Under the pieces are notes generated by a model, which saw nothing but the letters and a program-made list of their open reading frames with translations, ran no database searches and had not been told where the DNA came from. From a virus, in the IMG/VR virus record IMGVR_UViG_3300032236_001771, positions 36,077 to 100,076 of that record: 64,000 bases of DNA; one strand, given 5' to 3'. Of the stretch, positions 53,669 through 60,766 are shown piece after piece (within the stretch, counting starts at the first letter, position 1; every line of letters starts with the position of its first letter). The position numbers were made by a program, and so were the translations under genes.

Positions 53669-54452
53669 TGTTTCTATTGTTACAGCATTTTTTGATATAG
53701 GAAGAGGTAATTGGGAAGGATATTATTCTAGAAATAATAATCAATATCTTTATTATTTTTCTTATCTGGCTCAAATAAATATTGAGTTAATAATTTATAC
53801 TGAATCAAAATTTAAAAATAAAATTGAAGAAATTCGTAATTCTTTTGGTCATTTAGATAAAACTAAAATTGTTATTTGGGATACTTTATTTGAAAATTGT
53901 TGTCAAGATAAGATTCAAAAAATTCAATCTATTATGGATGATGAAGAATATAAAAAATTACCTCTTGAGCCAGGATGTCCAGAATATTGGAATCCAAAAT
54001 ATGTACTACTAAATGCCTTTAAATCTAAATTTGTTAATGATGCTATTAAAAATGAATATGTAACTAATGACCAAGTAGCTTGGATTGATTTTGGGTATTG
54101 TAGAGATATTGATACTATTTCTAAATCCAGAATTTGGAATTATGATTTCCCGCATAAAATTAATGTTTTTAATATTAAATCCTTTGATACTAGACCCGTA
54201 TTTGATATTATGAAAACAAATACAGTTTATATTCAAGGATGTCATATTGTTGCCCCAAAAGAATATTGGAAATTCCTTGAAGAAGGAGTTGACAAAAGTA
54301 TGGAGTCTATGCTAGACTGCGGTATAATAGACGATGATCAAACAATGCTATTAATGGCATACCGAAAAAATCCAAGTCTATTTGAAACCCATTATATTGA
54401 TACAAATGAAAATGGTTGGTTTGTAATCTTTAAAAAATTTAACAATGCATAA
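53658..54452 (+). CDS. HtrL/WlaTC-like putative LPS-biosynthesis protein
   Basis: 264 aa. The N-terminus VSIVTAFFDIGRGNW...YLYYFSYL resembles the HtrL_YibB family start as I recall it. This is a weak call. Confidence 0.4.
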   Translation: MKSNVSIVTAFFDIGRGNWEGYYSRNNNQYLYYFSYLAQINIELIIYTESKFKNKIEEIRNSFGHLDKTKIVIWDTLFENCCQDKIQKIQSIMDDEEYKKLPLEPGCPEYWNPKYVLLNAFKSKFVNDAIKNEYVTNDQVAWIDFGYCRDIDTISKSRIWNYDFPHKINVFNIKSFDTRPVFDIMKTNTVYIQGCHIVAPKEYWKFLEEGVDKSMESMLDCGIIDDDQTMLLMAYRKNPSLFETHYIDTNENGWFVIFKKFNNA

Positions 54453-55221
54453 ACTTAATAATTTTCCACACATTTATTACATCAATCTTGATAGTGATAT
54501 ACAAAGAAAAGTTGCTACTGAAGAACAATTTGATTCTTATAACGTAAAATACACTCGCATTTCTGGATTTGATGGTAGAAAATCAAATCTTTTTGAACAC
54601 CTTTCTGGTAGATATCCTCAACATATGAACTCCAAAGAAGTTGGAGCAGTATTATCTCATCTTAAAGCAATTAAATATTGGTATGAAAATACTGATACTG
54701 AATATGCAGTAATTTGTGAAGATGACGTTTTGTTTGAACCTGTTGACTATTGGCCATTTGATTGGGATACAATTATGTCGTATCTTCCATACGATTGGGA
54801 GATTTTTCAAATGGCAATCATTAATGATATGCAGGTAACAGCAAATCTTCATCATAGATATATTAATGATTTTTCTGCTGCATGTTATTTAATTAAACGT
54901 GATTATGCCAAACGTTTACTTGGTTATCATATTATTGGTGAAAAATATAAACTTGATAATGGTGTAAAACCAAGAGCAGTGGCAGATGATTTGATTTATA
55001 ATGCTGGTAGAGCTTATGCTATGCCTTTATTTCTATATAATATTGAATTAGATTCCACAATACATACAGATCATATCAATATCTATCACAGAAAATGCTA
55101 TGAAGGAATTATGAAATTTTGGAAAGAAACTGGGATAAATCTTAAAGATTATTCTTCTCTATTTGATTATAATCCGTTGCTGGGAAGATTACCTTTAGAA
55201 CTACCTAAAGGACCCCAATAA
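54445..55221 (+). CDS. GT25-family glycosyltransferase
   Basis: 258 aa. IYYINLDSDIQRK, ISGFDGR, EVGAVLSHLKAIKYW, AVICEDDVLF. This is the canonical GT25 motif order. Confidence 0.7.
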   Translation: MHKLNNFPHIYYINLDSDIQRKVATEEQFDSYNVKYTRISGFDGRKSNLFEHLSGRYPQHMNSKEVGAVLSHLKAIKYWYENTDTEYAVICEDDVLFEPVDYWPFDWDTIMSYLPYDWEIFQMAIINDMQVTANLHHRYINDFSAACYLIKRDYAKRLLGYHIIGEKYKLDNGVKPRAVADDLIYNAGRAYAMPLFLYNIELDSTIHTDHINIYHRKCYEGIMKFWKETGINLKDYSSLFDYNPLLGRLPLELPKGPQ

Positions 55222-55276
55222 TCGTCACGGAGAGACGTAAAAAGTACTGGTCGGTGATGAATCCCCCTTAGTTTAA

Positions 55277-55301
55277 AAAGAGGCTTTAAGCCTCTTTTTT
55301 T
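55277..55301 (+). terminator. Rho-independent terminator ending the glycan operon
   Basis: AAAGAGGCT-TTA-AGCCTCTTT followed by TTTT. Confidence 0.65.
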
Positions 55302-55333
55302 GTATTTGAAAACCTTATAGGTACTTGTGCTCA

Positions 55334-55362
55334 TTGACGTGTATTCTGAGATACTGTATAAT
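55334..55362 (+). promoter_or_regulatory. Host sigma70-type promoter TTGACG-N17-TATAAT for psbA
   Basis: TTGACG at 55334-55339, 17-nt spacer, TATAAT at 55357-55362, overlapped by AATAAATA at 55360-55367. It leaves a leader of about 145 nt before the psbA ATG. Confidence 0.6.
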
Positions 55363-55514
55363 AAATAAGTCAGGAAATGAAAACATTTCTTCACTTTGCC
55401 CCACCGAGACTAATGGGCAAGTAAAATCCGTCTCTCATATCCGTACTGGAGGGTGGTACGGAAATAACTGTAACATTCAGTTCCCCCTGAATTCTTATTT
55501 ACCCTTTAACGAAA

Positions 55515-56597
55515 ATGACTGCTACAATTGCTACACGCCGTTCTGGCGAAAATCTCTGGGAACGTTACCTTAACTGGGTAACAAGTACTAATAATCGTAT
55601 ATACATTGGAAATTTTGGAACTTTGATGATTCCAACATTACTCGCTGCAACGATTTGTTTCATCATCGCATTTGTCGGTGCTCCTCCTGTGGACATTGAC
55701 GGCATTCGTGAACCAGTTGCTGGTTCTCTAATGTACGGAAACAACATCATCTCTGGTGCTGTTGTTCCTTCTTCTAATGCCATTGGACTTCACTTCTATC
55801 CTATCTGGGAAGCAGCAAGTCTTGATGAATGGTTGTATAACGGTGGTCCTTACCAACTTGTTGTATTTCACTTCCTCATTGGTGTCTTCTGCTATATGGG
55901 TCGTGAATGGGAACTCTCCTATCGTCTAGGTATGCGTCCTTGGATTATGGTTGCTTACTCTGCACCTGTTGCTGCTGCAACTGCTGTTTTCTTGATTTAT
56001 CCTTTTGGTCAAGGAAGTTTTAGTGATGGAATGCCTCTTTCTATTTCCGGCACCTTCAACTACATGTTGGTGTTCCAAGCCGAGCACAACATCCTGATGC
56101 ACCCCTTCCACATGCTTGGTGTGGCTGGCGTCTTCGGTGGCAGCCTGTTCTCCGCCATGCACGGCTCCCTGGTGACCTCTTCGCTGGTTCGTGAAACCAC
56201 CGAGTCCGAGTCCCAGAACTATGGCTACAAGTTTGGTCAAGAGGAAGAGACCTACAACATCGTGGCTGCCCACGGTTACTTCGGTCGCCTGATCTTCCAA
56301 TACGCCTCCTTCAACAACAGCCGCAGCCTCCACTTCTTCCTTGCTGCCTGGCCCGTAATTGGTATTTGGTTTGCTGCTCTTGGGGTTTCCACGATGGCTT
56401 TTAATTTGAACGGATTTAACTACAATGGTTCCATCAAAGATAATCAAGAACGTGTAATCCCTACTTGGGCAGACATTCTTAATCGTGGTGGACTTGGTAT
56501 GGAAGTTATGCATGAGAGAAACGCACATAATTTTCCTTTAGACCTTGCTGCCGCTGAAGCAACTCCTGTTGCTCTCATTGCACCCTCTATCGGTTGA
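55515..56597 (+). CDS. psbA: Photosystem II reaction-centre protein D1
   Basis: 360 aa, unmistakable D1: [118 protein letters not shown]. The frame is uninterrupted, so there is no intron. Confidence 0.98.
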   Translation: MTATIATRRSGENLWERYLNWVTSTNNRIYIGNFGTLMIPTLLAATICFIIAFVGAPPVDIDGIREPVAGSLMYGNNIISGAVVPSSNAIGLHFYPIWEAASLDEWLYNGGPYQLVVFHFLIGVFCYMGREWELSYRLGMRPWIMVAYSAPVAAATAVFLIYPFGQGSFSDGMPLSISGTFNYMLVFQAEHNILMHPFHMLGVAGVFGGSLFSAMHGSLVTSSLVRETTESESQNYGYKFGQEEETYNIVAAHGYFGRLIFQYASFNNSRSLHFFLAAWPVIGIWFAALGVSTMAFNLNGFNYNGSIKDNQERVIPTWADILNRGGLGMEVMHERNAHNFPLDLAAAEATPVALIAPSIG

Positions 56598-56607
56598 TAT
56601 AATAAGG

Positions 56608-56632
56608 AGGAACTCTTATGAGTTCCTTTTTT
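56608..56632 (+). terminator. Rho-independent terminator after psbA
   Basis: AGGAACTC-TTAT-GAGTTCCT followed by T5. Confidence 0.7.
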
Positions 56633-56686
56633 ATTTGCTAAATAGTTGAAGTTATGTTATAATAACTTCAATCAACTAAAAGAATT

Positions 56687-57121
56687 ATGAGAACCTGCAA
56701 AATCTGCAACGAAGCAAAACCACTTACAGAGTTTTATCAAACTGTAAGAAATAGAGAGCCTTATGGTTATCATGGAAAATGTAAATCTTGTTATATTAAA
56801 AAACAACAGAAGAATTATGATCCAATTAAACAGAGGGATGAAAATCTAAAATATAGGTATGGAAAAAACTTTGGATTGAATGAATATAACATATTGTTAG
56901 AAAAACAAGGACATAAGTGTGCTATTTGTGGAACTGATGAACCTAAAGGAAGAAAATCTGGAAGAGGTGGTGAAATTGAAGTATTTTTTGTAGATCATAA
57001 TCATAAGACAGGTGAAGTAAGAGGTTTGCTTTGTAATGTTTGCAACAGAACAATTGGATATGTAAATGAAGATGTAGAACTTATCAAGAATATGATTAAA
57101 TATGTTAAAAAACACCAATGA
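56687..57121 (+). CDS. Endonuclease VII-family (T4 gp49-like HNH) protein, copy 1
   Basis: 144 aa. N-terminal zinc ribbon CKICN...CKSCY, then GHKCAICG...FVDHNHKTGEVRGLLCNVCNRTIG, the Endo VII signature (C.iC...DHdH.tG.vRGlLC..CN..lG). Confidence 0.78.
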   Translation: MRTCKICNEAKPLTEFYQTVRNREPYGYHGKCKSCYIKKQQKNYDPIKQRDENLKYRYGKNFGLNEYNILLEKQGHKCAICGTDEPKGRKSGRGGEIEVFFVDHNHKTGEVRGLLCNVCNRTIGYVNEDVELIKNMIKYVKKHQ

Positions 57122-57212
57122 ACTTCCTACACATTCTCCTATTCTTTGAACTCTTCGCAGTATTCCTCTTCATAATGTCTTTACTTTAACCAAAATTTAA
57201 CCTTCAAGGGGC

Positions 57213-57241
57213 TTGACAAATGCCCAAAGATCCTATATAAT
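57213..57241 (+). promoter_or_regulatory. Host sigma70-type promoter TTGACA-N17-TATAAT for the hli pair
   Basis: TTGACA at 57213-57218, 17-nt spacer, TATAAT at 57236-57241. Confidence 0.62.
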
Positions 57242-57268
57242 ACTATTGTAACTCTTTATGATATACAG

Positions 57269-57478
57269 ATGACTGTTACAACAAATGATCGCGGACAACA
57301 GAATATGTTCGCAAAAGAACCCAAAATGTACATTACGGAGAAAGACATGCAAGAACATGAAATTGAAACTTATGCAGAAAAGGCTGAAATTTGGAATTCT
57401 AGAACCGCTATGGTTGGTGTAATTGCTGGTTTAGTGTCTTATGCGCTAACTGGCAATCTTTTCTTTGGACTTTATTGA
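57269..57478 (+). CDS. hli: High-light-inducible protein (HLIP/CAB-like)
   Basis: 69 aa. AEIWNSRTAMVGVIAGLVSYALTG matches the E..NGR.AM.G helix motif of HLIPs. Confidence 0.82.
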   Translation: MTVTTNDRGQQNMFAKEPKMYITEKDMQEHEIETYAEKAEIWNSRTAMVGVIAGLVSYALTGNLFFGLY

Positions 57479-57492
57479 TAGGAGGTATTAAA

Positions 57493-57612
57493 ATGAAATT
57501 TGGTTGGACACGCGAAAACGAACTAAAAAATGGAAAACTTGCAATGATTGGATTTGTTGCTATGATTGGTTCATACATTGTAAGTGGTCAAATTATTCCG
57601 GGAGTGTTTTAA
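57493..57612 (+). CDS. hli: High-light-inducible protein, second copy (39 aa)
   Basis: Hand-translated MKFGWTRENELKNGKLAMIGFVAMIGSYIVSGQIIPGVF*. RBS GGAGG upstream. It falls below the ORF-track cutoff. Confidence 0.78.
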   Translation: MKFGWTRENELKNGKLAMIGFVAMIGSYIVSGQIIPGVF

Positions 57613-57642
57613 AACCATAACATAAAATAAGCATTTATGCCT

Positions 57643-57675
57643 ATCTCCATTCTAAATAAGGGTGGAGATTTTTTC
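57643..57675 (+). terminator. Rho-independent terminator after the hli pair
   Basis: ATCTCCA-(13 nt)-TGGAGAT followed by T6. Confidence 0.6.
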
Positions 57676-57680
57676 TTTTT

Positions 57681-57842
57681 ATGCCTAGAAACGAACTCAC
57701 AAAAGATCAAATTAGGTGTTATGTAGAGAGATTAAAAAATGAATTATATGATGAACATGTAGAATATAATTCAGATGCAAAGGGATTAGCACACAAATAT
57801 CTTAATAAAGTTTTAGATAAAATTCAGGAGTATTCTAGGTGA
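57681..57842 (+). CDS. Small ORF (53 aa)
   Basis: Hand-translated MPRNELTKDQIRCYVERLKNELYDEHVEYNSDAKGLAHKYLNKVLDKIQEYSR*. No motif recognised. Confidence 0.3.
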   Translation: MPRNELTKDQIRCYVERLKNELYDEHVEYNSDAKGLAHKYLNKVLDKIQEYSR

Positions 57843-57910
57843 TCATTTATCGTATTCTAGAGTCTTATTTTGTAATCATGTCTGTTGTTTTGGTTTTAAG
57901 AGCAGCAACC

Positions 57911-57918
57911 TATAAATA
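57911..57918 (+). promoter_or_regulatory. T4-type late promoter TATAAATA upstream of the lysozyme gene
   Basis: Exact TATAAATA 20 nt upstream of ATG 57938, with RBS GAGGA between them. Confidence 0.5.
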
Positions 57919-57937
57919 AAAAAAATGAGGATAGAAG

Positions 57938-58744
57938 ATGACTATTCAACTTATAGATGTAGCAAAGTATTATACTGGAACTGAAGAGCAAGATGCTGCT
58001 CTTAAATTTCTACAAAGTAAACTTTCTGATGTAGTTCTATCTACATTTGCAACTACCTATCGTAATACTCCTAAACCAGAACCAATTGAACTGGTAAATG
58101 CAGTTAAATATTATAAAGGACTTACTCCACAACTTGCTGCATTTACTTATTTGCAGACGGTTATTCCTTTGGCAGTTTTAGTTGAATTTGCAACTCTTTG
58201 GAGAAAACAAGCAGCAACATTTGTAACTGCTGCTGAGTTAGCACATATCTGGGGATGTAAAACTACAGATATTCCTACAAGTCAAGTAATGGATTTGAAT
58301 AAATGTCTAAGAACTTTTAATATCAATACAACACTTCGTATGCGTCATTTTTTGGCTCAAATTTCTCATGAGTCTGGTGGTGGGATTTATACAGAAGAAC
58401 TTGCTTCTGGTGCTGATTATGAAGGTAGAAGTGATTTAGGTAATACTCAACCTGGAGATGGCAGAAAGTATAAAGGTGCTGGATTTATTCAATTGACTGG
58501 AAGAGCAAACTATCAGGCATTTGCTAATTATATTAAGGATCCAAAAGTTATGGATGGAGTTTCTTATGTTGCTTCTAAGTATCCAGCCTCGTCTGCCGGT
58601 TATTGGTGGCATGAAAATGAAATGAATGCTCTTTGTGATAAAAATCCATCAGTAGAGCAAGTTACTCTGAGAGTCAATGGTGGTTATACAGGTTTATCTA
58701 GTCGTGAAGCATATTTCCAAAAGTGTTGTGAAATAATAAAATAA
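57938..58744 (+). CDS. GH19 (chitinase-like) lysozyme/endolysin with duplicated N-terminal domain
   Basis: 268 aa. The catalytic region [16 protein letters not shown]...[32 protein letters not shown] is the GH19 signature. The N-terminus has two 39-aa repeats. Confidence 0.78.
   Translation: MTIQLIDVAKYYTGTEEQDAALKFLQSKLSDVVLSTFATTYRNTPKPEPIELVNAVKYYKGLTPQLAAFTYLQTVIPLAVLVEFATLWRKQAATFVTAAELAHIWGCKTTDIPTSQVMDLNKCLRTFNINTTLRMRHFLAQISHESGGGIYTEELASGADYEGRSDLGNTQPGDGRKYKGAGFIQLTGRANYQAFANYIKDPKVMDGVSYVASKYPASSAGYWWHENEMNALCDKNPSVEQVTLRVNGGYTGLSSREAYFQKCCEIIK
58715..58744 (+). repeat. Direct repeat copy 1: last 9 codons + stop of the lysozyme gene
   Basis: TTC CAA AAG TGT TGT GAA ATA ATA AAA TAA (FQKCCEIIK*). 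The 14-nt core CAAAAGTGTTGTGA at 58718-58731 recurs at 59331-59344. Confidence 0.8.
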
Positions 58745-58758
58745 ATACTATTGCCTGA

Positions 58759-58829
58759 GTTGGTTGCACATTTTAGGTAAATGGGGGATAATATTATCCC
58801 CCATTCTTATAAATAGTATTGCAACCAAC
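58759..58829 (+). promoter_or_regulatory. Nested inverted repeats enclosing a TATAAATA late promoter upstream of Endo VII copy 2
   Basis: Outer arms are GTTGGTTGCA (58759-58768) and TGCAACCAAC (58820-58829). The inner perfect palindrome is TGGGGGATAAT/ATTATCCCCCA (58782-58803). TATAAATA lies at 58808-58815. Confidence 0.5.
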
Positions 58830-58841
58830 CTTAGGGTAAAT

Positions 58842-59357
58842 ATGTTAATTTGTAGTAAGTGTAGTACTTCTTTGCACGAATCAAACTTTTATGTAAGAAA
58901 AAATGGAAATTTACATAAAGAATGTAAAGAATGTTACAAAATAAGAATTAGAGAATATAGAAAAAATAATTTAGAATATGTTAGAGAAAAGGAAAAATCA
59001 TATAGAAAATCTGATCCAGAAAAATATAAAGAAAGAGATAGAAAAAGATCTCCAGCAAGGAAATTAGAAAGAAGAGAATATCACTTAAAAAGATTATATA
59101 ATATTTCTTTAAATGAATATTATGAAATTTTAACAGTTCAAAATGGTGGGTGTGCAATTTGCGGGAAAGAAAAATCAAAAAGTAAAGATTTTTTATGTGT
59201 AGATCACGATCATAAAAATGGAGAAATTAGAGGAATATTGTGTGATAATTGTAACAGAGGATTGGGTTTATTTGATGATAATGCTGAACTATTAATGAAT
59301 GCTTTTAATTATTTGAATAAAATAAATATTCAAAAGTGTTGTGAGGTTATTAAGTAA
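58842..59357 (+). CDS. Endonuclease VII-family (T4 gp49-like HNH) protein, copy 2
   Basis: Start re-set to ATG 58842. N-terminal zinc ribbon CSKCS...CKECY, then GGCAICG...CVDHDHKNGEIRGILCDNCNRGLG. The C-terminal 9 aa (IQKCCEVIK) copy the lysozyme C-terminus. Confidence 0.78.
   Translation: MLICSKCSTSLHESNFYVRKNGNLHKECKECYKIRIREYRKNNLEYVREKEKSYRKSDPEKYKERDRKRSPARKLERREYHLKRLYNISLNEYYEILTVQNGGCAICGKEKSKSKDFLCVDHDHKNGEIRGILCDNCNRGLGLFDDNAELLMNAFNYLNKINIQKCCEVIK
59328..59357 (+). repeat. Direct repeat copy 2: last 9 codons + stop of the Endo VII-type gene
   Basis: ATT CAA AAG TGT TGT GAG GTT ATT AAG TAA (IQKCCEVIK*). It shares the 14-nt core with copy 1. After the core, 2 of the 4 changed codons are synonymous (GAA/GAG, AAA/AAG). 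Confidence 0.8.
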
Positions 59358-59387
59358 TAAATAGTTTAGTAATCTCAAAAAAATACC

Positions 59388-59558
59388 ATGAAAGCCTTTA
59401 AGCTTTGGTATAAATTGATGACTAATGAATATACTCAATCAAATCAGTTAGAATTTTTTTGTTGTTTAAATGGGGCTTTATATTATAATTTAACTGAAAT
59501 TGAAGATGCTTGTACTGTTTTGATGGGAGAAATTAATTATATTTTTAAAAAATACTAA
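59388..59558 (+). CDS. Small ORF (56 aa)
   Basis: Hand-translated MKAFKLWYKLMTNEYTQSNQLEFFCCLNGALYYNLTEIEDACTVLMGEINYIFKKY*. No motif recognised. Confidence 0.3.
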   Translation: MKAFKLWYKLMTNEYTQSNQLEFFCCLNGALYYNLTEIEDACTVLMGEINYIFKKY

Positions 59559-59579
59559 ATACTTATAAAGTTTAATGCT

Positions 59580-60764
59580 ATGATAGAAACCAAGGAACTC
59601 AGAAGTCTTCAAGAAGCCTATCTTTCAATTTATGAAGATAAAGAAACAGTAGAAGAAGACTATCTTACGGAAGAAGTTGAAATTGCTACTGAGTATTTTT
59701 ATGCTGAAGGATTAAATGAACATGGGATTGATATTTTAATTGAAGAACTTGGTATTGATGAGTTTGCTGAATTTGTTTATGATATTGCTGAAGAATACAC
59801 ATTAAATGAAGCCAGAAGAAGTGGTCGTATTGAACCTGTAACTAAAGCCGGAAAGCCGATTGCTGCATTAAAAGGTGGAGCAAAAACATCAGCAATTGCT
59901 GCTAGAAGAAAAGAAAAAGCAGCTAGAGATACATCAGATGATCGTCCATCTGGAATGACTGCTGCTCTTAGAAGTCAAGCTACTAAAGCTGCCACCAAAA
60001 AACAACCAGAGACAAAATCAACTCCTGCTCAAACAAAGCAAGGAATTGGTGCAAAGATTGGTAGTGCTTTAAAAACTGCAGGTAAAGTAGCAAAAAGAGC
60101 TGGAGAAGATATTGCTATTACTTATAAGGTTGCAAGAGAAGTTGGTAAAAGGGCTGAAAAATCTGCTCCAGTAAGAAAGTTTTGGGGAATGAAAGAAGAA
60201 ATTGAAGCTTGGGTTAATCAACTTATTGATGAAGGTTATGATTTGAGTGAATATACTTGGGATGAGATGGCAGAGATGTATTTGGATGAAGCCGCTGGTG
60301 GAGGTCCTAGATTAACGTTCATGCCGAAAAGTAGAGAGCGCAATATTGGTAAACATGATGATTGGAAAGATAAGCCATTAGAATGGGGTGAAAGACCTGA
60401 AGCGGCTAAAAAATTAAAAAGAAGATTGAATGCAGTTGTTTCAACTCAGCGTAGACAAGATAAAGAAACAGGAGTAAAAGAAAATTTAGATGTTTATAAT
60501 TTCTTTTTAGAGTATCTTCTTGATGAAGGTTTTGCTACAGATGAAGAATCTGCTCAAGGTATTATGGTTAATATGAGTGAAGATTGGAGACAAAGTATTG
60601 TTAATGAGGCAACGTATAAATCATCTAAATCACAACAGCCAGCAGATACTAGAAAACTTGTTACTAGAGTTGATAAAAAAGGAAATACTAGAGCGTATCA
60701 AGAATATAAAGCAGGAAATCCAAATTATAGGGCAGCTCCTGGACATGGAATTGACGAGGAATAA
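59580..60764 (+). CDS. Hypothetical protein: acidic repeat modules + basic Ala/Lys core (paralog-like to 30066-31118)
   Basis: 394 aa. Modules YAEGLNEHGIDILIEELGIDE, LIDEGYDLSEYTWDEMAEMYLDE and LLDEGFATDEESAQGIMVNMSED. The basic core is KAGKPIAALKGGAKTSAIAARRKEKAAR... Confidence 0.55.
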   Translation: MIETKELRSLQEAYLSIYEDKETVEEDYLTEEVEIATEYFYAEGLNEHGIDILIEELGIDEFAEFVYDIAEEYTLNEARRSGRIEPVTKAGKPIAALKGGAKTSAIAARRKEKAARDTSDDRPSGMTAALRSQATKAATKKQPETKSTPAQTKQGIGAKIGSALKTAGKVAKRAGEDIAITYKVAREVGKRAEKSAPVRKFWGMKEEIEAWVNQLIDEGYDLSEYTWDEMAEMYLDEAAGGGPRLTFMPKSRERNIGKHDDWKDKPLEWGERPEAAKKLKRRLNAVVSTQRRQDKETGVKENLDVYNFFLEYLLDEGFATDEESAQGIMVNMSEDWRQSIVNEATYKSSKSQQPADTRKLVTRVDKKGNTRAYQEYKAGNPNYRAAPGHGIDEE

Positions 60765-60766
60765 TT

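Noticed and set aside
54289-54328. TTGACA ... TATAAT pair inside ORF 53658-54452
   Set aside because: The spacer is 28 nt, which is incompatible with a sigma70-type promoter, and the pair lies mid-gene within the operon.
55167-55573. ORFs 55167-55394 (-) and 55325-55573 (+) between the glycan operon and psbA
   Set aside because: They cover a terminator, the psbA promoter and the leader. The + ORF starts at a non-ATG codon (GTG) beside the promoter, runs out of frame into psbA, and has junk-like composition.
55926-56528. 200-aa minus-strand ORF inside psbA
   Set aside because: It is antisense to an unmistakable D1 coding sequence. It stays open only because the GC3-rich patch depletes stop codons on the opposite strand. 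Its composition is low-complexity (G/V/H-rich) and it has no RBS or promoter.
55515-56597. Group I intron in psbA (reported in some cyanophages)
   Set aside because: The D1 reading frame is continuous for 360 codons, with all conserved blocks colinear. The same holds for tRNA-Leu(TAA), which has an intact 7-nt anticodon loop.
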